From assembly GCA_963674705.1 (NCBI GenBank), contig OY771506.1, forward strand, positions 1,856,001 through 1,920,000: 64,000 nt of DNA, read 5' to 3'. Below are positions 47,150 to 57,535 of the stretch, one piece after another. Both the position numbers and the translations under genes were made by a program. Below the pieces are notes generated by a model that ran no database searches, was not told the origin of the DNA, and worked only from the letters and a program-made list of their open reading frames with translations. Within the stretch, counting starts at the first letter, position 1; the number at the start of each line of letters is the position of its first letter. Source of the stretch: Phycisphaeraceae bacterium (GTDB lineage Bacteria; Planctomycetota; Phycisphaerae; Phycisphaerales; Phycisphaeraceae).

Positions 47150-49380
47150 GTGAATGGCTCTTCCTGCCGCCGTGGTCGATGATTGCCATCGCGATCGGAT
47201 GTGTCGTGCTCGCGGTTTCAGCAGTGATCCGCACTATGCACGAACGCAAGCGCTTGTTTGTCAGGCGCTGGCCGCTATTACTCTTACTTCGCGCAGCGGC
47301 GATCTTTCTGCTTTTATGGATCGCACTGAATCCGACAGCGATCACACCTAAGGCGATGGAGGGCCGGCCGTCGTTGCTGGTCCTGCTCGATAGCTCCGCA
47401 AGCATGGCGACGCAGGATGTGGACGGCCAAAGCCGTTGGCTTGCCGCGGTCGATACGCTTATCGATCCGGATGTCCGCAGCGAACTGGAAGACCACTTTG
47501 AGCTGAAAATCATGTCTTTCGATAATGACCGGCTTGCGGTGGATGCAAACGGTTTGTCGCATGCAAACGCATCGGGGCGTGCAAGCGACCTATCCAGCGC
47601 ATTAACCGAAAGCATCATCGACCAGGCGGACAACAGCGCGCAGGCCGGCGTCTTATTGATAAGTGACGGCCGGTCGACGAACCCCGGTGCATTGGATGCC
47701 GCACGCCTCGGCCTGGCGCGAGCCGTACCGCTATGGACGTGGTGTCTCGGTGGCGACGTACCGCGGCGCGACCTCTGGGTCGAAACCCCGTCAACCGTCA
47801 CGCTCGCATTTTCCGATAGCGAAGTGCAGATCGGTGCGACCATTCACCAGATCGGCTTTGAGCACAGCACGTTTAATGTGCAGTTATTGCGGGATGATGA
47901 AGTCGTCGACACGTTTGAAGTCATCCCCGACGAAGCGGGTGTGCACATCAGCACGACGGTGACAGCCCCGAAAGAAGGCGAGCAACGCTACAGCTTCCGC
48001 GTAGTTGGCGCCTCGGGTGAAGCGGATACACAGAACAACCAGCGTTCGGTCTATGTCCGTTCGGTTGGCGACAAAGTACGCATTTTCCTTGCTGAAGGGC
48101 AGCCGCACTGGGATACGAAGTTCCTTGTCCAGTCATTGAAGCGCAATGACCGAATCGCGCTCACAGCCGTGTACCGCATGGGCCCGGACCGGCAGTTCGC
48201 TGTCTTTTCCGAGGGCGAACAGCAGCGACGAGAAGAGGGCGACTACTTCCCGCGCACGCTCGATGCATGGTCGGCCTACGACGTCGTCATCATGGGCCGG
48301 GGCTGTGAAGCCTTCTTCGACGATGATACCGAACAGATGTTGACGGAATACGTCTCCCGGCGGGGTGGCGGCCTGATCTTCAATCGAGGCAAAAGCTACA
48401 GCGGCCGTTTCCGTTCACTCGCCAAGTTCGAGCCGGTCGTCTGGAGTAACCAGACCACGCCCCTTGTCACGCTCGCCACAAACACGGTGCCCAAGACCGG
48501 GCCGCTTGTGGAACTGTCATCCGATGGCAATCTCGATGCGTTGATGGAAAGGCTGCCTACTTTTGACCAGACGCGACAGACAACGGGCGTCAAACCGTTG
48601 GCGGTGGTGATGGCGGGCGGGAAGCCGATCCAGTCGATCGATGCCGATCAACTCAATGATGATGACCATCTTGTCCTGCTGGCTTATCAACTTTACGGGC
48701 GCGGTCGGGTGCTGACCGTCAATGCGAGCGGGCTCTGGCGTTGGGCGTTCCGTGAACAGGGCGAACCGGAAGATGAATTCATCTACGATCGGCTGTGGGG
48801 CAGCCTGATCCGCTGGATCATCTCCGGCAGCGACTTTCTTGCAGGACATCAGACCGCCCTGCGCAGCGCTCAGAGATCGTACACCGATCAACAGCCCGTG
48901 CGTTTCATGATCAGTACTCGTGAGATCGATCCGCAAACCTATCAGCCACTTCTGACGATCGAAGGCGGCGACGAGCAATTGAAGCTCCAGCCCCGCCGTG
49001 AATCCGCGGACGGCTTACAAACCAGTTGGCTTGCTGAAGCCGGTCCATTGAAACCCGGCACGTACGAGGTCAAACTCACAAACAACATCGGCACACCCGA
49101 ATCGCTGACAACCACGATTGAAGTCATCAGCGGTTCGATCGAAGATCGTCAGCTCAGCGCTGATCCACAACTGATGCAGGAACTGGCCGACATCAGCGAA
49201 GGGCGTGTATTGAAAGCTTCAGAGCTGGCAAACTTCTCGGACATCTATAAACAGTGGCGTGCCGAGCAGCAGTTGGCGGATGATAAGCAGCCGATGTGGG
49301 ATCGCTGGTGGTTGTTCGCGATCATATTAGTATTGCTGGGAAGTGAATGGTATCTACGTCGGCAGGAGAACCTGCTATGA
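47146..49380 (+). CDS. Membrane vWA / GATase1-like domain protein
   Basis: ATGA overlap; DSSASM, LISDGR, EGQPHWD.KFL, GGGLI, YGRGRV, LWRW, WD.WW...EWYLRR. Confidence 0.85.
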   Translation: MSEWLFLPPWSMIAIAIGCVVLAVSAVIRTMHERKRLFVRRWPLLLLLRAAAIFLLLWIALNPTAITPKAMEGRPSLLVLLDSSASMATQDVDGQSRWLAAVDTLIDPDVRSELEDHFELKIMSFDNDRLAVDANGLSHANASGRASDLSSALTESIIDQADNSAQAGVLLISDGRSTNPGALDAARLGLARAVPLWTWCLGGDVPRRDLWVETPSTVTLAFSDSEVQIGATIHQIGFEHSTFNVQLLRDDEVVDTFEVIPDEAGVHISTTVTAPKEGEQRYSFRVVGASGEADTQNNQRSVYVRSVGDKVRIFLAEGQPHWDTKFLVQSLKRNDRIALTAVYRMGPDRQFAVFSEGEQQRREEGDYFPRTLDAWSAYDVVIMGRGCEAFFDDDTEQMLTEYVSRRGGGLIFNRGKSYSGRFRSLAKFEPVVWSNQTTPLVTLATNTVPKTGPLVELSSDGNLDALMERLPTFDQTRQTTGVKPLAVVMAGGKPIQSIDADQLNDDDHLVLLAYQLYGRGRVLTVNASGLWRWAFREQGEPEDEFIYDRLWGSLIRWIISGSDFLAGHQTALRSAQRSYTDQQPVRFMISTREIDPQTYQPLLTIEGGDEQLKLQPRRESADGLQTSWLAEAGPLKPGTYEVKLTNNIGTPESLTTTIEVISGSIEDRQLSADPQLMQELADISEGRVLKASELANFSDIYKQWRAEQQLADDKQPMWDRWWLFAIILVLLGSEWYLRRQENLL

Positions 49381-52115
49381 GCCGAACACAAAAGTCGAGA
49401 CACGTAATCGCACCGGTGTTAACGCGCTGGTACGCGCTGTTGACCTTCCGGACGTTGTTCTCGGTGTTGGCTTGTTCGGGATTAGCGTTGTTGCTGCTTG
49501 TGTTGCTGGATGTGGTATTCATTCTCCCGCAGGATGTGCGTGGATTAACAGTTGCGCTGTTGTTGTGCGCCGGGTTGTTGTCGGTTTTGGTCGGTGTGAT
49601 CGCCATGATCCGTCTAAACCCGATCCGTGTTGCACGGCAGATGGAAACACGCACCACCGACCTCGGAACGAGCCTGACCAATGCGGTGCAGTTAAGTGAA
49701 ACGCAGGACATCGCACCGATCACGGACTATCTGCGAGATGAAGCGGTCCGCCTTGGTCGATCGCGTGCCGAGTCGGCAACTGTTTGGCCCGTATTGAAAC
49801 GCAGCACGCTCGGTTTTGGCGCTGCGACTGTTGTTGTCGGCTTGCTTTGGCTGATCGGCATCGGCATATTCAATGATGTATTCGATGCGGTCTTCCCGCG
49901 ACTGTTTGACCCGACAGGCGATCACCCGCCATACAGCCGACTCTCGCTTGAAGTAGACCCGGGCTCTACTCATGTCATCTATGGCGGACAGATCGACATC
50001 CACGCCACCGCTCATGGCGCACCGGTCGACAAGCTCTATCTCGAATCTGAAACCGAGCAGGGCGTCACCCGCTCGGTCATGTTCCGCCGTCCGGACGGCT
50101 CATACCTGCAAACACTGACCAACCTGCGGCAGCCTACGCGCTATTGGGTGACCGACGGCCGGGCTCGCAGCCTTCGCTACCCGATCGATGTGGTTCTCAC
50201 ACCACGCATCGAACTCATCGAATACACAACTGAATTCCCGCAATACACCGGGCTCGCTTCGGTGAAGCGTGACCTCGATTCGCCCGAGATGAAACTGCCT
50301 AAACGCACGACGATCGATTGGCGTATCGCAAGCAACCGCCCGTTGGCTTCCGGCCAAATCAGTTTGACACCGCTATTGGGTGGTGATGTAAAGACCATCG
50401 AGCTTAAAGCGGATGCGGAGAATTCCAAGGTGGTGACCGGTTCGTTCGAGGTGGACGAAGCTTTGGCGTATGCGATCCGCGTGAAGGATGTCGATGGGAT
50501 CGAAAACGCTGAGCCTTATCTCGGCAGAGTCACGATCAAGCCGGACCGCAGCCCGCGCATCTATATATTAGAGCCCGGCCGACAAGCGGTCGCGACGCCT
50601 GAAAGCATCATACCCGTGCACGTTCGCGCTGAAGACGATTACAAGGTCCAGCAGGTGATCTGGTTCCGCGGCTTCAACGAATCCATCGAACGCCCGTCGC
50701 AAATGACGATTCAGCTATCTGAAAAACCCGGACTGGCCCATACCCAGGGCGAGTTTAACCTGGCCGACCTCGGCGTCAGGCCGGGCGACCGTGTGGAATA
50801 CTTCTTCGAAGCCGAAGACAACGACCCCGACGGCCCGAACATCGCGACCAGCCGATTGTACTCGCTCGATATCATTTCAAAGGCGCAGTATGAACAGGTC
50901 ATGCGCCGGATGATGGCGCAGCGCGGCCTACTCGAACGCTACATGACACTCAGCGACCATCTGCGGCGTCTGGCAGAACAAGCGCAGACGGCTGCCAGCG
51001 ATGTCAGTCAGGGTAATTCATCGACGCAAGACGCGGCCGAGTCTTTGCAGGATGCACTCGATAAGTATTCAGAGGCGTTAGAGAAAACACTCGCGGCGCC
51101 GGAGATGTTCGATGTTGAAGCGGCGTTTAATGAGCAATTGAAAGCGCAGCGTGCGCAACTTCGAGACTTGAAACAGCGCACCGCCTCTGCAGGTGAGTCC
51201 GGATCATCGTCGCAACAGCAGTTCGACCAGATCGCCGTAGACCTCGCCGAGATGGCGGGTATGACGAATGAAAACGTCGGCGAACCGGCCCGGCAGATCG
51301 TCGAAGTCGTGCGGCTGATGCGACTATCAGAGGAATACATTACACTCACGCGCCAACAGGGCGAACTCGCCAAACTCACCCGTCGCTTTGAAGATATTGA
51401 AGGCGAACTCAGCCGTTCGCAGCAGATGGCCTTGCGCGAGCTGGCCAGCGCGCAGCAGCGCATCCGCGATCGGTTGAATGAATGGATGGTCGAGGTTGAC
51501 GAAGCTGCCGACGATTTGCCGGACGATCCCGCGTTCAATTCGATGCGGCAGCAGGCACAAGCCTTTATACAGGCAGTTCAGGAATTGCAAATCCCGGAAA
51601 CGCTGACCATCGCAAACGGCGCCTTTGCCGATTCGGACGGCCCGAATGCTTACAACCATGCGCTGGTGGCTCACGAGTTAATGGATTCACTCATCACGCG
51701 CAGCCAGGGGATGCAAGGTGAAGGATCACAATGTTTGAACTTTAATCCCGCTTTACAGGAATCGCTGGGCAACTCGCTCGATCAGATCATGGCCGCACTG
51801 AATAATGACGGCAGTGGTTCATCCGGTTCTGCCAATGGATACGGCTTGTTTGGCGAAAGCGTGAATCTCTACGGCCCCGGCATCGAACTGCCTGAACCGC
51901 CTGAAAGCGGTGGCATGGCCGACGCGCTGGCCGCGGAGACATCGGGCTCCACGGATGCAGCAGTCGGCAGCGCCGATGATCCGCAGCTTCCGACAGATAC
52001 CAGGCCGACACGCGTCTCCATCCAGGAAGATGTGCCGTTCCCACTTTCGTACCGAGATCTGGTAGGCGAATACTTCCGCGTCGTGGCGGAGGATGAAACA
52101 GAAGAAGGGCAGTAG
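49377..52115 (+). CDS. DUF4175-like membrane-anchored Ig plus coiled-coil protein
   Basis: ATGA overlap; three N-terminal TMs; P.YTG, DRSP.I, AEDDY, EAEDN; long Q/E-rich helices; C-terminal PLSYRDLVGEYF. Confidence 0.8.
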   Translation: MSRTQKSRHVIAPVLTRWYALLTFRTLFSVLACSGLALLLLVLLDVVFILPQDVRGLTVALLLCAGLLSVLVGVIAMIRLNPIRVARQMETRTTDLGTSLTNAVQLSETQDIAPITDYLRDEAVRLGRSRAESATVWPVLKRSTLGFGAATVVVGLLWLIGIGIFNDVFDAVFPRLFDPTGDHPPYSRLSLEVDPGSTHVIYGGQIDIHATAHGAPVDKLYLESETEQGVTRSVMFRRPDGSYLQTLTNLRQPTRYWVTDGRARSLRYPIDVVLTPRIELIEYTTEFPQYTGLASVKRDLDSPEMKLPKRTTIDWRIASNRPLASGQISLTPLLGGDVKTIELKADAENSKVVTGSFEVDEALAYAIRVKDVDGIENAEPYLGRVTIKPDRSPRIYILEPGRQAVATPESIIPVHVRAEDDYKVQQVIWFRGFNESIERPSQMTIQLSEKPGLAHTQGEFNLADLGVRPGDRVEYFFEAEDNDPDGPNIATSRLYSLDIISKAQYEQVMRRMMAQRGLLERYMTLSDHLRRLAEQAQTAASDVSQGNSSTQDAAESLQDALDKYSEALEKTLAAPEMFDVEAAFNEQLKAQRAQLRDLKQRTASAGESGSSSQQQFDQIAVDLAEMAGMTNENVGEPARQIVEVVRLMRLSEEYITLTRQQGELAKLTRRFEDIEGELSRSQQMALRELASAQQRIRDRLNEWMVEVDEAADDLPDDPAFNSMRQQAQAFIQAVQELQIPETLTIANGAFADSDGPNAYNHALVAHELMDSLITRSQGMQGEGSQCLNFNPALQESLGNSLDQIMAALNNDGSGSSGSANGYGLFGESVNLYGPGIELPEPPESGGMADALAAETSGSTDAAVGSADDPQLPTDTRPTRVSIQEDVPFPLSYRDLVGEYFRVVAEDETEEGQ

Positions 52116-52116
52116 C

Positions 52117-52815
52117 ATGAAAGCAAGTAAAAAATGGATTGGTTTATTTGCCCTGGTCTTGTTGGCGGTAATGATCGGCATGTCTGTCACCGCCGGCGGA
52201 GAGGACGCGGAAGAAGCGCCCGATACCTCGTCAGAAGGCGACGCCGTCCAATGCGCCAATCTGATCTATGCCGGCACGCGCAGCAGCGTCTGCTTCAGCG
52301 ATAAGTTTCTGTCGATGCTTGCACGCGACACAACCATCAACACAGCCCGCAAATTCAAACCCGTCAAAGCAGCGGACTCGGAAGTCTTCGGCTTTCCCTT
52401 CATCGTGATGACTGGCGAAGGCGCTTTCACACTCACGGATGAGGAACGCGACAACCTCCGCCGTTATTTAGAGCGAGGCGGCTTCCTGCTTGCTAGTGCC
52501 GGCTGCAGTTCCAAGCCTTGGGATACTTCGTTCCGCCGCGAGTTGAAGACGATCTTCCCCGAGCGTGAACTTGAAGATATCCCCAAAGACAGCGTGATCT
52601 TCCGGACTGTTTACGAAATCACTTCGCTGAAGACCAAGGGTGCCGAGGCGACGCTTCAAGGCTTGACGATCGGCGGTAAGATCGTCGTGATCTATTCATC
52701 CGATGGCCTGAATGATACGTCGACAATGCACGGCTGCTGCTGTTGTGGGGGTAATGAAATCCAGAACGCGGCAAAAGTCAACGCCAACGTTTTAGCTTAC
52801 GCACTGCTTCAGTAG
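52117..52815 (+). CDS. DUF4159 protein with CCCC motif
   Basis: Signal peptide/TM; FPFIVMTG.G.F.L...E..NLRRYLERGGFLLA; C-terminal HGCCCCGGNEI. Confidence 0.85.
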   Translation: MKASKKWIGLFALVLLAVMIGMSVTAGGEDAEEAPDTSSEGDAVQCANLIYAGTRSSVCFSDKFLSMLARDTTINTARKFKPVKAADSEVFGFPFIVMTGEGAFTLTDEERDNLRRYLERGGFLLASAGCSSKPWDTSFRRELKTIFPERELEDIPKDSVIFRTVYEITSLKTKGAEATLQGLTIGGKIVVIYSSDGLNDTSTMHGCCCCGGNEIQNAAKVNANVLAYALLQ

Positions 52816-52846
52816 ATCCGCCTGAGAAAAGGAGTCTTTCAAGCAA

Positions 52847-54181
52847 ATGTCCCGGTCATGTAAGCTCAATCCGGTATTCGCTCTGCTCGTAGTAGCTATT
52901 GCGCTATTACTGCAAGGCTGTGCGGACGAGCCCGGCCAGGTGCGCATCCTGTTCACCGGGGAAACGATGGGCGAACTGGAGCCATGCAACTGTGCATCGC
53001 AGATGGCGGGTGGTTTGCCCGCACGTGCTGGCTATATTGCAAGGCAGACCGATGAGTTCCTCTTGCTCGATACGGGTTGCGTCTCGCGCGGCGCTCGTGA
53101 GTTCGAACGCTTGCGTGGCGAAGCAACCCTGCGAGCGATGAAAGCCATGGGCTACGATGCGGTCAACATCGGCGAGCATGAACTGTGGCTCAAGCCCGAT
53201 GAGTTAGCCGTCTTCGATAGAGTCGGTGTCCCGTTTGTCAGCGCGAATGCAACTATCTCCGATCAACCGGAGCTGATCCAAACCTATATCAAGCTACAAT
53301 GCGCTGGCAGGACTTTCACAGTCACAGGTGTTGTGGACGACACCTATACGCAAGTGGAGCCCACCTACCAGGTCGATCCACCAAGCGAAGCGATCGGCCG
53401 ATTATTGTCCGGGCTGCCTGAAGGTGCGGGGAAGATCATCGTACTCGCCGATCTGACAGAGCCGCAGGTGCGTGACCTGGCGCGTGAGTATCCCGAACTG
53501 GATGTGATCTTGTTCCGCGGCCGTGGCGATAGCCTTGCTCCGACGACGGTAAACCGCACGATCATCGCATCGGTGTATGGCGAATCGCGATACCTTGCGG
53601 ATATCAAACTTATACCCAATCCGCAGGCCGGATTTAGCGCGCAAGGCGAAGCCGTCCTGTTGGTAAACGATTACGCCGTTGCTTCGAACGTTAATGCCGT
53701 TTCCATCGATTGGTACAAACAACAGATCAACGGCCGAGAGTTCGACCTATCCGAAGCACGCCCGGGCTCCGCACTGATCAGGCCGATCCAGGCAGAACCC
53801 GGCAACGGCTACGTCGGTTCGGCCGCATGTGCCAAATGTCACAAATATGCCCATAACAAATGGTCGTCGCATCTGCATTCGGTGGCGATGAAGTCGTTAC
53901 AGGAATCAGGCTATGACTATTCGCCCGAGTGCGTGGTGTGCCATGTCGTTGCTTACGGCGCGAACGACGGCTATGTCTCGATGCAATCAACGCCTAAACT
54001 CGGGCACGTCGGTTGTGAATCCTGTCACGGCCCGGGCAAGCTGCTGCTAGACGGCAACTGCAATGGCATCGCCCGCCGCGGATCAGAGTCTGACTGTAAG
54101 CAGTGTCATTATGGCAAGCACGATCCCGGCTTCTCGTTTGAAAATGACTGGGCCCTTATCGATCACACGGAGCAACCATGA
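52847..54181 (+). CDS. Lipoprotein: metallophosphoesterase(UshA)-like domain fused to tetraheme c554-like cytochrome
   Basis: Lipobox LQGC; GELEPCNC...GGL..R, DTG, GYDAVNIGEHEL; heme motifs CAKCH, CVVCH, CESCH(GPG), CKQCH. Confidence 0.85.
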   Translation: MSRSCKLNPVFALLVVAIALLLQGCADEPGQVRILFTGETMGELEPCNCASQMAGGLPARAGYIARQTDEFLLLDTGCVSRGAREFERLRGEATLRAMKAMGYDAVNIGEHELWLKPDELAVFDRVGVPFVSANATISDQPELIQTYIKLQCAGRTFTVTGVVDDTYTQVEPTYQVDPPSEAIGRLLSGLPEGAGKIIVLADLTEPQVRDLAREYPELDVILFRGRGDSLAPTTVNRTIIASVYGESRYLADIKLIPNPQAGFSAQGEAVLLVNDYAVASNVNAVSIDWYKQQINGREFDLSEARPGSALIRPIQAEPGNGYVGSAACAKCHKYAHNKWSSHLHSVAMKSLQESGYDYSPECVVCHVVAYGANDGYVSMQSTPKLGHVGCESCHGPGKLLLDGNCNGIARRGSESDCKQCHYGKHDPGFSFENDWALIDHTEQP

Positions 54182-57100
54182 ATAAGCTGGCCGCGTCCAT
54201 GTCGATCATGTGTCTGGTGTCCGCGACGTTTGCTGCGCCGCCGGCGCCGCCCACCTCGTCCACTCAGATTGATCCGATGGCGCAGCAGTTGCACTACAGC
54301 CTCGATACCGCATGTGAATCTGCCACGCAGGATGATTCACTCGTCCTGGTCGTGTTCTTTTCAATTACAGATATTAACTCCGCGCAACTCAGCCAGCAGG
54401 TCGTCTGGAATCGGCAGGTCCGACAGCAGGTCGGTGTGCTGCATACCTTTGAAATCGATATCAATCTGGGCTTCGAGGCCGGCAGGCAATTTGAATTACA
54501 ACAAGTGCCCACACTGGTCTTGATGACGCCGCAGCGCAAGATCGTCGCCCGCCACGATGGTCCTTTGGACGCTGCAGCTTTTCTTGAATGGATCAAGACC
54601 GGAAGGCAACGTGTGGCCGATGGCGTCTGGCTTGGCTTGCCTTTAAGGGCAAATGACAACCGCCGACAACAGAACTACATCAGCGATGCGATCGAACAGC
54701 TAAAGAATCGTGATCCTGAAGTTCGGCGTCGAGGCAAGGGGATATTGATCGACAGCCGAGAGGCTGCGGTTGAACCCCTGATCAAGACGCTTGATGATGA
54801 ATATCTCGGCTCGCGCATCGCTGCTTACGAAACACTCAAGGAGATGGCGCCCCATGTGCCCGAATACGAGCCTTGGCTCCAACAGGTAAGCCGAAACGAA
54901 CAGGCAGTAGCTATTCAGCAGTGGTGGTCGACCGAGGGCAGGCTTCCGGTCGAGACGCAGGTCCGCAAACTCTCCGCGGTGGAACTGCGAACGCTAAGCG
55001 ACACGATCGAGAACGTTTTCTACGGTTCGCCAGTGCGTCGAACCCGTGCGATGACTAACCTTGTGGATACAGGTTCCGCTGCGCTGCCCGCCATTCGCCA
55101 GGCGATCTTGCGGGCCGAGCGGGAAGACGATCTGGATGCGGTCCTGTTATTCGAAGATATCCGCTGGGCGATCCTCGTGCCTGATGCGGTGGAATCCGCA
55201 AAATCGGTCAGGCACGATCTGGCGCGAGGTACAAGTGAAAAACGTCAGGCCGCGGTTAAACGTCTCGGTGGGGCGGGTGTCGACGCTTTGCCGGCCCTTC
55301 GTGAATTGATTGATGACGGTGACTCGCTTGTCCGTGAAAGCGCGATACATGCACTATCTGAAGTCGGCGGGCAAGGCGCATTAGCGGCGACCGCCACGAT
55401 GCTTGAAGCGCAAGACCCCAACCTGCGCATGATCGCGGCGCAGGAGTTGGGTGGGTCCGGATCGCCTGAGGCGGGTAAATACTTGACCAAAGCAATCGAC
55501 GATACAGACGAGGTCGTCGCGATTGCCGCCATCGCTGCGATGGAGCAGGCCAAGGCGACAAGTCAGAGCGGCGCGTTGATCAAAGCATTGGATGATCCAC
55601 GCTGGCGCGTCCGCGCAGCCGCTGCGGAGTGTCTGGGTAAATTGGAAGTCAGTAAAGCCAAGCCCCATCTGGAAGACCTTTTGTCAGATGAAGACCCGTT
55701 TGTCGTCAAGGCGGCGCTGACCGCCTTACAGGAGATAGGCGTTAAACCTGATGCTGAGAAGTTGTACGACCTGGTGACACGTTACGAAGCGATGCGTCCA
55801 ATCGTCATCGAATTTCTGTTGGATGATGGTGACGCTGCAGCGATCGGCCACCTCATCGAACTATACCGCAACAGCGACGACGCCCAGAAGCAGCAGATCC
55901 TCTCGCTCATTGCAGCAAAAAACACTTACCATCGTAGTGATGATGCACAGTACCGCCCGTTGATCAACGATGCGATCGCATCTGAAAACCCAGCTATCAG
56001 ACGTATTGTGGTTTCTGTATTGAAAGCACGTGCATATCCGTTGGCGATTGAATATGTAGAAAAACTTCTCGCAGATACGGATGATCAAGTCCGCTCCGCT
56101 GCGACCGGCCTGGTTATTCCGTTGGTTGCTTTCCATTACGGTCTGACCGATTATGGCCGGGACCTGGCTGGTTATGGTGAACTGGCGGATAATAGTCAAC
56201 TGCAATCGCTGGGATCAGGACCCGCCCTTATCCCCTCTGTACAGGGCGACATGATGGGCGGTGGTTATGGTTACGGCGGGACGCTGCCTGAAAAAGCAGT
56301 ATCAAATACGGATGATGATTCGAAGCAGAAGAAAACGCTGCAACTCCATCAAACCTGGCACAAGCTTCTGAGCGAGAATCCCCCGAAAGAGGAGAATATC
56401 AGCTATCGTTTTGCTCTATTCATCACTGCATCCGGACAGGATCGGATCGATTTGCTTCCGGATTTGCCTGGCATGGAGCAATTATTAAAAGATAACTCGG
56501 AAACTAATTCAGATGTTATCGCAAGGTTACTGCTTACATGTACGCCCATGCCCGAAGGTGAAAAGCTGGTCCATGACTTGTTCAATCAGCCCGATGTGTA
56601 TGGTTTATTCCTGGCTCAGCGGGCACGGATGAACCCGGAACTCAAGAAGGTGCTGCTGGCGCCCGAACGTATGCTGCTGGCGCTGGAAGTCATCCCTGAT
56701 AATCAGCGGGATGACCTGGTCTATTCGCTTGTCGGCAGATACAGCGAACCGGGCGTTATCTCCAGCTTGGATACAGAACAAGCGAAAATATTCGTACAAC
56801 AACTGACCAATTCGGAGAAGCCACTACCACGCGCGGTTGGTTTTTTCCTTGCTGCAACTCGCCAGGATCTACTCAACAGCGATCAAATCATCGCCGGGCT
56901 TGCTGATGCCGATCAGTGGGTCCGCCGCGCCGCGGTTCAGGCTTACATTGCATCAGATCCTAGTATGGACGAGATCGAGTCGACGATAGGCCCGATGATT
57001 GCGGATGCTTCCTACGAGGTGGCTGCGGTGGCGGCTTCCACGATATTAACGCAACCGTTGCGTGATGCTGCCGAGTTACCTCCCCCAGATGCATACTTCA

Positions 57101-57525
57101 AGTACGAATCAACCAGTGTCAGCCGATCTTGGTCCCGCAATCGTCAATCGCGTCCTCCCGGTGTGATTGAACGCGAGCCGGTATTCCTGCCCGCGCTGCA
57201 ACAGCTTTCTACTCGTCGCGCGGATGATGAAGAAAGCGCGAACATCATCGCTTTGACACTGGCTCAGTACGGCGACTTTACCGCGTTGCATAAGCGGTTG
57301 GAAACATGGGAGGCCGGTTCACGCCAACAGGTCCCAGGCATTTTGTTGGTTGGCCTGGCGCTGACCAATGACGACCGCTACCTGGAGCCGTTGCGCGTCC
57401 GCGTTCAGCAATCCACTTCTTCCTATGACTTGCGGGAACAACTCCAGTGGTTGCGCGGCACGCGCAGCGATGAGGCTCGAGAGTTACGCCGAGAAATCAA
57501 CAAACGTATGCGGGAATTGAATTAA
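54178..57525 (+). CDS. Secreted thioredoxin-like plus HEAT-repeat protein
   Basis: ATGA overlap; N-terminal Trx-fold-like region (LVLVVF...VPTLVL) without CxxC; many L.D.D..VR..A repeats. Confidence 0.82.
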   Translation: MNKLAASMSIMCLVSATFAAPPAPPTSSTQIDPMAQQLHYSLDTACESATQDDSLVLVVFFSITDINSAQLSQQVVWNRQVRQQVGVLHTFEIDINLGFEAGRQFELQQVPTLVLMTPQRKIVARHDGPLDAAAFLEWIKTGRQRVADGVWLGLPLRANDNRRQQNYISDAIEQLKNRDPEVRRRGKGILIDSREAAVEPLIKTLDDEYLGSRIAAYETLKEMAPHVPEYEPWLQQVSRNEQAVAIQQWWSTEGRLPVETQVRKLSAVELRTLSDTIENVFYGSPVRRTRAMTNLVDTGSAALPAIRQAILRAEREDDLDAVLLFEDIRWAILVPDAVESAKSVRHDLARGTSEKRQAAVKRLGGAGVDALPALRELIDDGDSLVRESAIHALSEVGGQGALAATATMLEAQDPNLRMIAAQELGGSGSPEAGKYLTKAIDDTDEVVAIAAIAAMEQAKATSQSGALIKALDDPRWRVRAAAAECLGKLEVSKAKPHLEDLLSDEDPFVVKAALTALQEIGVKPDAEKLYDLVTRYEAMRPIVIEFLLDDGDAAAIGHLIELYRNSDDAQKQQILSLIAAKNTYHRSDDAQYRPLINDAIASENPAIRRIVVSVLKARAYPLAIEYVEKLLADTDDQVRSAATGLVIPLVAFHYGLTDYGRDLAGYGELADNSQLQSLGSGPALIPSVQGDMMGGGYGYGGTLPEKAVSNTDDDSKQKKTLQLHQTWHKLLSENPPKEENISYRFALFITASGQDRIDLLPDLPGMEQLLKDNSETNSDVIARLLLTCTPMPEGEKLVHDLFNQPDVYGLFLAQRARMNPELKKVLLAPERMLLALEVIPDNQRDDLVYSLVGRYSEPGVISSLDTEQAKIFVQQLTNSEKPLPRAVGFFLAATRQDLLNSDQIIAGLADADQWVRRAAVQAYIASDPSMDEIESTIGPMIADASYEVAAVAASTILTQPLRDAAELPPPDAYFKYESTSVSRSWSRNRQSRPPGVIEREPVFLPALQQLSTRRADDEESANIIALTLAQYGDFTALHKRLETWEAGSRQQVPGILLVGLALTNDDRYLEPLRVRVQQSTSSYDLREQLQWLRGTRSDEARELRREINKRMRELN

Positions 57526-57535
57526 CGCTATCACA

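Noticed and set aside
52960..53010. Selenocysteine recoding in the cytochrome-phosphoesterase gene
   Set aside because: The CxC motif is encoded by TGC and TGT, with no in-frame TGA.
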